From: Alphaproteobacteria bacterium
GTDB taxonomy: Bacteria > Pseudomonadota > Alphaproteobacteria > UBA2966
Length of the DNA stretch: 64,000 bases
Reading direction: 5' to 3'
Assembly (NCBI GenBank): GCA_964291395.2
Contig: OZ219856.1
Span: 160,001 to 224,000 of the forward strand
Part shown: positions 58,856-64,000 of the stretch, piece after piece
Layout of the letters: each line of letters starts with the position of its first letter
Position numbering within the stretch: the stretch's first letter is position 1
The notes under the pieces: generated by a model
Told to the model about the DNA's origin: nothing
The model's input: only the letters and a program-made list of their open reading frames with translations
Databases searched by the model: none
Position numbers and translations under genes: made by a program

Positions 58856-60556
58856 ATGAACGTCGCGGAAACCGATCTCGACGAGGGGCCACGCGACTTC
58901 ATCCGAGATATCGTGCGAAGCGATCTGGCCGCAGGGCGCGTGGAGACCGTCGTCACCCGGTTTCCGCCGGAGCCCAACGGATATCTCCATATCGGCCACG
59001 CCAAGTCCATCTGCCTGAATTTCGGCGTGGGGCAGGGCTTCGGTGGCCGCTGCCATATGCGATTCGACGACACCAACCCCACCAAGGAAGAGCACGAATA
59101 CATCGACAGCATCCAGGAAGACGTCCGCTGGCTGGGATTCGACTGGGGCGAACATCTCTATTTCGCGTCGGACCACTTCGAACGCCTGTACGAGTGGGGC
59201 CGGCACCTGATCCGCAACGGCGACGCCTACGTCGACGATCTCTCGGCGAACGAAATCCGCGAATACCGGGGAACGCTGACGGCACCCGGCACCGACAGTC
59301 CCTACCGCGATCGCCCCGTCGACGAGAGCCTGGATCTGTTTGCCCGCATGCGCGCGGGTGAATTCCCCGACGGTGCGCGCGTACTTCGCGCCAGGATCGA
59401 TATGGCGTCGGGAAACATCAACATGCGGGATCCCGTGCTCTACCGCATCCTTCACGCCGAACACCCGCGCACCGGCACGGACTGGTGCATCTACCCGACG
59501 TACGACTTCGCTCACGGGCAGTCGGACGCGATCGAGGGAGTCACCCATTCTCTGTGCACCCTCGAGTTCGAGGATCATCGCCCCCTCTACGATTGGCTGA
59601 TCGAGCGCCTGCCGGTGCCGTACGTGCCCAAGCAGTACGAGTTTGCCCGCCTCAACCTGACCTACACGGTCATGTCGAAACGTGCCCTGATCCGGTTGGT
59701 CCGGGAGGGCCATGTCAGGGGATGGGACGACCCGCGCATGCCCACGCTGAGCGGCATGCGGCGGCGCGGCATCCCTCCCGAGGCGATCCGGGACTTCATC
59801 GGGCGCATCGGCGTGGCCAAGGCGGACAACCTGGTTGACGTGGCCATGCTCGAACATTGCATCCGCGGCCAACTCAACAAGCGGGCGCCGCGGCGGATGG
59901 GCGTGCTCGATCCCCTCAAGGTGGTTATCGAGAACTACCCGGAGGGCGAGGGGGAAGTCCTGGAGGCGGTCAACAACCCGGAAGATCCGGAAGCCGGCAC
60001 CCGCACCGTGCCCTTCGGCCGGGAAATCTTCATCGAGCGCGCCGATTTCATGAAGGATCCGCCCAGGAAGTTCTTCCGGCTGGCGCCCGGCCGGGAGGTG
60101 CGGCTTCGCTACGCCTATTTCATCACCTGCACGGACGTGATCGAGGATGCCTCCGGCGAGGTCGTCGAACTCCGCTGCACGTACGATCCCGAAACCCGGG
60201 GCGGGAATTCGCCGGACGGCCGCAAGGTCAAGGGAACCCTGCACTGGGTCTCGGCGGCGCACGCCGTGGCCGCCGAAATCCGCCTCTACGACCGCCTGTT
60301 CACGCGGTCCGACATGAGCGCGAGCGGCGACTTCGTCGCCGATCTGAACCCGCAGTCCGTCACCGTCCTGGAAGGCTGCCGCGTCGAGCCCGAAGCCCGG
60401 AACACGGCGGAGGGTGCCGTCATTCAGTTCGAGCGCCAGGGCTACTTCTGCGTCGATCCCGATTCGACGGAAGACAACCTGGTTTTCAATCGCACGATCG
60501 GGCTGCGCGATACCTGGGCGAAAATCCAGAGCGCCGAAGGCGGGAGCGGTCCGTAG
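58856..60556 (+). CDS. glnS: Glutamine--tRNA ligase
   Basis: [52 protein letters not shown]. Confidence 0.96.
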   Translation: MNVAETDLDEGPRDFIRDIVRSDLAAGRVETVVTRFPPEPNGYLHIGHAKSICLNFGVGQGFGGRCHMRFDDTNPTKEEHEYIDSIQEDVRWLGFDWGEHLYFASDHFERLYEWGRHLIRNGDAYVDDLSANEIREYRGTLTAPGTDSPYRDRPVDESLDLFARMRAGEFPDGARVLRARIDMASGNINMRDPVLYRILHAEHPRTGTDWCIYPTYDFAHGQSDAIEGVTHSLCTLEFEDHRPLYDWLIERLPVPYVPKQYEFARLNLTYTVMSKRALIRLVREGHVRGWDDPRMPTLSGMRRRGIPPEAIRDFIGRIGVAKADNLVDVAMLEHCIRGQLNKRAPRRMGVLDPLKVVIENYPEGEGEVLEAVNNPEDPEAGTRTVPFGREIFIERADFMKDPPRKFFRLAPGREVRLRYAYFITCTDVIEDASGEVVELRCTYDPETRGGNSPDGRKVKGTLHWVSAAHAVAAEIRLYDRLFTRSDMSASGDFVADLNPQSVTVLEGCRVEPEARNTAEGAVIQFERQGYFCVDPDSTEDNLVFNRTIGLRDTWAKIQSAEGGSGP

Positions 60557-60704
60557 GCATCGCCGCGCGCTCCGCCGGTGCGCGATGCCCGACACACGTC
60601 GTGCCCGCCTTGTCGTCGGACCGGTATCCGATGCACCATGCCGCCGATGTCTACGGCCGGCACTCGGTGTGGCGGGCCATCGACAGGTTCCGACGGAGAG
60701 CCCC

Positions 60705-61568
60705 TTGGGCCTGAATTACGACGCACTGATGAACCACGAGTTCGAAGAGCTCGTACAGACCTATACGACCGCCGACACGGCGCTCTACGCGCTTGGTGTC
60801 GGTCTGGGTCATGATCCGCTGGACGAGGCCCAGCTGCGGTTCGTGTACGAGGAGAACATGTTGGCGCTGCCCACCATGGCCACGGTTTTGGCGGGCCATG
60901 GGTTCTGGCTCAAGGAGTCCTGGACCGGGGTGGATTGGGTTCAGGTCCTGCACGGAGAGCAGGGATTGCGCCTGCACGGCGTTCTGCCGGCGGCGGCGAC
61001 CGTCAAGGCCCGCATGCGGGTCACCGAGATCGTCGACAAGGGTCCCGACAAGGGCGCATTCATCCATTCCGAGCGCGAACTCAGGGACGAGACGACCGGA
61101 GATCTCCTGTGCACGTTGACCGCGACGGTCGTCGCCCGGGGTGACGGCGGCTTCGGCGGGCCGTCCCGGAGGAGCAGGCCCGTCCATGTCCCACCCGACC
61201 GCGACCCGGATGCGGTGTGCGATCTGCCCACGCTCTCTCAAGCCGCGCTCATCTACCGTCTGTCGGGCGATTTCAATCCCCTCCACGCGGTTCCGTCCGT
61301 AGCGCGAGAGGCGGGGTTCGAGGCGCCGATCCTGCACGGCCTGTGCACGCTCGGCGTCGCCGGCCATGCCGTTCTCAAGACCTGGTGCGGCTACGATCCC
61401 GCCCGATTCAAAAGTCTGGACCTGAGGTTCTCGGCGCCGGTGTACCCGGGCGAAACCATCCGCACGGAGATGTGGCGGGACGACGGGGTCGTATCGTTCC
61501 GGGCACGGGCCATCGAACGCGACGTCGTGGTGCTCGACAACGGCCGGGCCGAGGTGTCGGAGGCATGA
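60705..61568 (+). CDS. MaoC-type double hotdog (R)-enoyl-CoA hydratase
   Basis: LYALGVG, LHGEQ, YRLSGDFNPLH, PILHGLCT. Confidence 0.92.
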   Translation: MGLNYDALMNHEFEELVQTYTTADTALYALGVGLGHDPLDEAQLRFVYEENMLALPTMATVLAGHGFWLKESWTGVDWVQVLHGEQGLRLHGVLPAAATVKARMRVTEIVDKGPDKGAFIHSERELRDETTGDLLCTLTATVVARGDGGFGGPSRRSRPVHVPPDRDPDAVCDLPTLSQAALIYRLSGDFNPLHAVPSVAREAGFEAPILHGLCTLGVAGHAVLKTWCGYDPARFKSLDLRFSAPVYPGETIRTEMWRDDGVVSFRARAIERDVVVLDNGRAEVSEA

Positions 61569-61575
61569 GCGGGGA

Positions 61576-61755
61576 TGGGGACCCGCACACCAGGATGCTA
61601 CGGGAATCGTTGCGGGCAGCCTCGACGAACCCACCCGTCTCGTGAGGATCGGTCAGGTCTTCACGGCGGAGAAGGCGGACTTCGTCGACCTCGCCGAAGA
61701 CGTGCCGACCTTCGCGGGGTCGTCGAAGGGCGCCTTCGACCATGACCATGTCTGA
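61576..61755 (+). pseudogene. C-terminal remnant of a GFA/CENP-V family protein
   Basis: WGPAHQDATGIVAGSLDEPTRLVRIGQVFTAEKADFVDLAEDVPTF; no start codon and no N-terminal Cys motifs. Confidence 0.6.
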
Positions 61756-61790
61756 CGTGCCCTGACGCCCTTGGACACCGTGGGCTGCCC

Positions 61791-62903
61791 ATGCGCGTAT
61801 TGATCTGCGGCGGCGGCGTCATCGGCGCCTCGATCGCCTGTTTCATGAGTGCGCGCGGCGTCGAAACCACCGTGATCGAGCGCACGGGGGTCGCCAACGC
61901 GGCGTCAGGCAAGTCGGGCGGCTTCCTGGCGCTCGACTGGTGCGACGGCTCTCCCGTGGAAGCGCTCGCGCGACGCAGCTTCGCGCTTCACGCGGAACTC
62001 GCCGACAAGACCGATGACGACTGGGGCTATCGGCGCCTCGATACCCTGTCCGTCGTTGCCAGCGCACGCCGCGATGTCGGCATCTATCGGCGGCTCGACT
62101 CTCCGGGCTGGCTGGATGGCGAAACGGCGGTGCGCGCTCGACTCGGCACGACGGAGTCCACCGCGCAGGTCGATCCCGCGGCCTTCACCAAGGGGATGAT
62201 GCGCGCCGCGATCGCGAACGGGGCGCAACTCGTGATGGGGAACGTCACGGGCCTTGCCTTCGCCGGTCCCGGCACGGCGGTGCGAGGGGTCGTGGTGGAC
62301 GACGAGGAGGTGGAGGGCGATGCCGTCGTCATCGCGATGGGACCCTGGTCGGTTCTCGCCTGCCGGTGGCTGCCGCTGCCGGCGGTGTACGGCCTGAAGG
62401 GCCACAGTCTGGTGTTTCGCTACGCACCGCCGGTACGCCCCCATGCGCTGTTCGTGGAGCTCGAGAGCGAAACCGGCGCGGTTGCGTCGCCCGAGGTGAT
62501 ACCCCGCCCCGACGGAACGACTTACGTCTGTGGCCTGTCCAGTGAGGCGCCGCTTCCCGTGGATCCGGGCCGGGTCGCGCCGGACGATGGAGGATGCGAG
62601 AAGCTGCGCGCGATGACCGCCCGATTCGCACCCGAATTGGGCGGCTCGGAAGTTCTCGCTGCCCAGGCGTGCTATCGCCCCGTCGCCCAGGACGGTCTGC
62701 CGCTCATCGGCCCCATATCCGGAGTCGACGGCGCGTTCGTGGCGACGGGCCATGGCGTTTGGGGCATGCTGAACGGCCCCGCTACGGGCGAAGCCGTCAC
62801 CGAATTGATCGTCGATGGGGCTGCCAGCACGGTGAATCTGGCGCCTTTCGACCCGTCGCGATTGGCGCCGCTGGAAGCGACCGCCGTGCGAGCGGAAGCC
62901 TGA
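61791..62903 (+). CDS. FAD-dependent oxidoreductase (DAO family)
   Basis: GGGVIG, ASGKSGGFLA, ACYRP, TGHGVWGMLNGPATG. Confidence 0.9.
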   Translation: MRVLICGGGVIGASIACFMSARGVETTVIERTGVANAASGKSGGFLALDWCDGSPVEALARRSFALHAELADKTDDDWGYRRLDTLSVVASARRDVGIYRRLDSPGWLDGETAVRARLGTTESTAQVDPAAFTKGMMRAAIANGAQLVMGNVTGLAFAGPGTAVRGVVVDDEEVEGDAVVIAMGPWSVLACRWLPLPAVYGLKGHSLVFRYAPPVRPHALFVELESETGAVASPEVIPRPDGTTYVCGLSSEAPLPVDPGRVAPDDGGCEKLRAMTARFAPELGGSEVLAAQACYRPVAQDGLPLIGPISGVDGAFVATGHGVWGMLNGPATGEAVTELIVDGAASTVNLAPFDPSRLAPLEATAVRAEA

Positions 62904-63018
62904 CGCACCGTCTCCGGAAACCCTGTGCGAGCAGCCGGGTATCTGCCCGCTCGGGGTTTCGGCGGTCGCGGGTTCGACGATGGAACCGTCGATCCTGCGG
63001 ATGTAGCCCCGTGGCCGT

Positions 63019-63741
63019 TCAACCTGGGCTTGGACCGCCGGAGAGTCCGCGAGCGGTGGGCTGTTGCGACAATTCCGAAATGTCGGTTCTCAGGACGATG
63101 GTGCTGCCGTCGTCCAGGCGAACCTCCTGAATGAACAGGCGCCGACCGTCACTGAGCACCTGGGAATGCGGGGGCCCGGGGTTGCGGTGCCGCTCGACCC
63201 GCTCGCGCACGAAATCCTCGATCTCCCGGTCCGTTCGATATAGATCGCTTGCCGCCGTGGCGCGGACCATGTCCTCGAACGTCGCGCCCGCAACCATCCG
63301 ATCGGCGACGGCGGGATAGAGACTTTTGTTGGCCGGATTGCACAGGGCCATCCGGTCGGCCCCGTCGTAGACGACCAGGCCCGCGGGAAGGGCTTCGAAG
63401 GTACGGCGCAGCAAATCGGCTTCCGCGCTCGTCGCGCCGCGGCGCCGGAGTGCTATCGCGACGGCCAGCCAGATGGCGACGACGGGACCGGCGCCGCCGA
63501 TCAATCCGCCTCCGGCCGCGCCTGAGCCCCCGACGAACGGGACCAGCACTCCGCCCGTGGCGACCAGACCGAGGACGATGGCGGGCCATCGGCCCGCCGA
63601 CCACAAGGCTCCGAGCACCGCAACGGGATACAGGCAAGCGAGTCCCGGTTGGCCGGGCACGACCGCCTGAAGCGTGAAGACGGCCGCAAGCGCCCCCAGA
63701 CCGACCACGACACCCCGAGTTTCGTGCTTTGTGTCCGACAT
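63019..63741 (-). CDS. Membrane protein with one PAS-fold domain and no output domain (possibly truncated)
   Basis: N-terminal TM helices; FEALPAGLVVYDGADRMALCN...LSDGRRLFIQEVRLDDGSTIVLRTDISEL, then an early stop. Confidence 0.7.
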   Translation of the reverse strand: MSDTKHETRGVVVGLGALAAVFTLQAVVPGQPGLACLYPVAVLGALWSAGRWPAIVLGLVATGGVLVPFVGGSGAAGGGLIGGAGPVVAIWLAVAIALRRRGATSAEADLLRRTFEALPAGLVVYDGADRMALCNPANKSLYPAVADRMVAGATFEDMVRATAASDLYRTDREIEDFVRERVERHRNPGPPHSQVLSDGRRLFIQEVRLDDGSTIVLRTDISELSQQPTARGLSGGPSPG

Positions 63742-63866
63742 TCGAAAACGTCCCTCGATGACGGCGGCGCCTTGTCATGTTTTGACGGCGTCGGGCATTC
63801 TCGCGCCGCAATCCCCAGCCCGACCTGCACCGGGGAGATGATGAGGCACGCGAGAGAGCCCGTGCA

Positions 63867-64000
63867 ATGAGCGGAAAAGCGGCCGGCGACGGGCGCTGGC
63901 ATTTCTGGATCGACCGTGGCGGCACGTTCACCGACGTCGTCGCCCGTTCGCCGGAAGGACGAATCACGACCCGCAAGCTCCTGTCGGAGAATCCGGAACA
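63867..64000 (+). CDS. Hydantoinase/5-oxoprolinase, N-terminus (runs off the window end)
   Basis: [21 protein letters not shown]...KLLSENP. Confidence 0.88.
   Translation, partial: MSGKAAGDGRWHFWIDRGGTFTDVVARSPEGRITTRKLLSENPE

Noticed and set aside
1-64000. tRNA, rRNA, CRISPR arrays, intact transposases or integrases
   Set aside because: None recognised by eye; a covariance-model search would be needed to exclude small RNAs

Overview
GC-rich chromosomal window, most likely from an alphaproteobacterium: the gene orders waaA-lpxK-lpxL, xseA/purD and ribF-ileS-lspA-DUF3035-M16-M16-mutL are typical of that class. About 60 genes, mostly housekeeping and metabolic. No rRNA, tRNA or CRISPR array was seen. 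The most notable feature is an 8-gene cluster at 39.2-46.2 kb with perfect FNR boxes near both ends. Its heme-copper oxidase subunit I has HSSQQ instead of H-P-x-V-Y, so the cross-linked Tyr is replaced by Gln, the signature of the eNOR nitric oxide reductase family. It is co-encoded with a CuA subunit II, heme O synthase, SCO, a cytochrome b-2x[4Fe-4S]-MvhD-like fusion protein, an uncharacterised two-Cys membrane protein and a hemerythrin. Other observations: an IclR/Liv-ABC/Rieske oxygenase island lying between an ACAD10/11-type kinase and a matching acyl-CoA dehydrogenase; a small islet with a Fic gene and a truncated restriction-modification gene, with 24-bp-periodic repeats; a tandem-Cache-domain autotransporter next to an IS3-like end; a putative Ile leader-peptide attenuator upstream of ileS; a frameshifted lspA; an atypical peptide deformylase; and several gene remnants. 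All calls come from reading motifs by eye; no database search was run.
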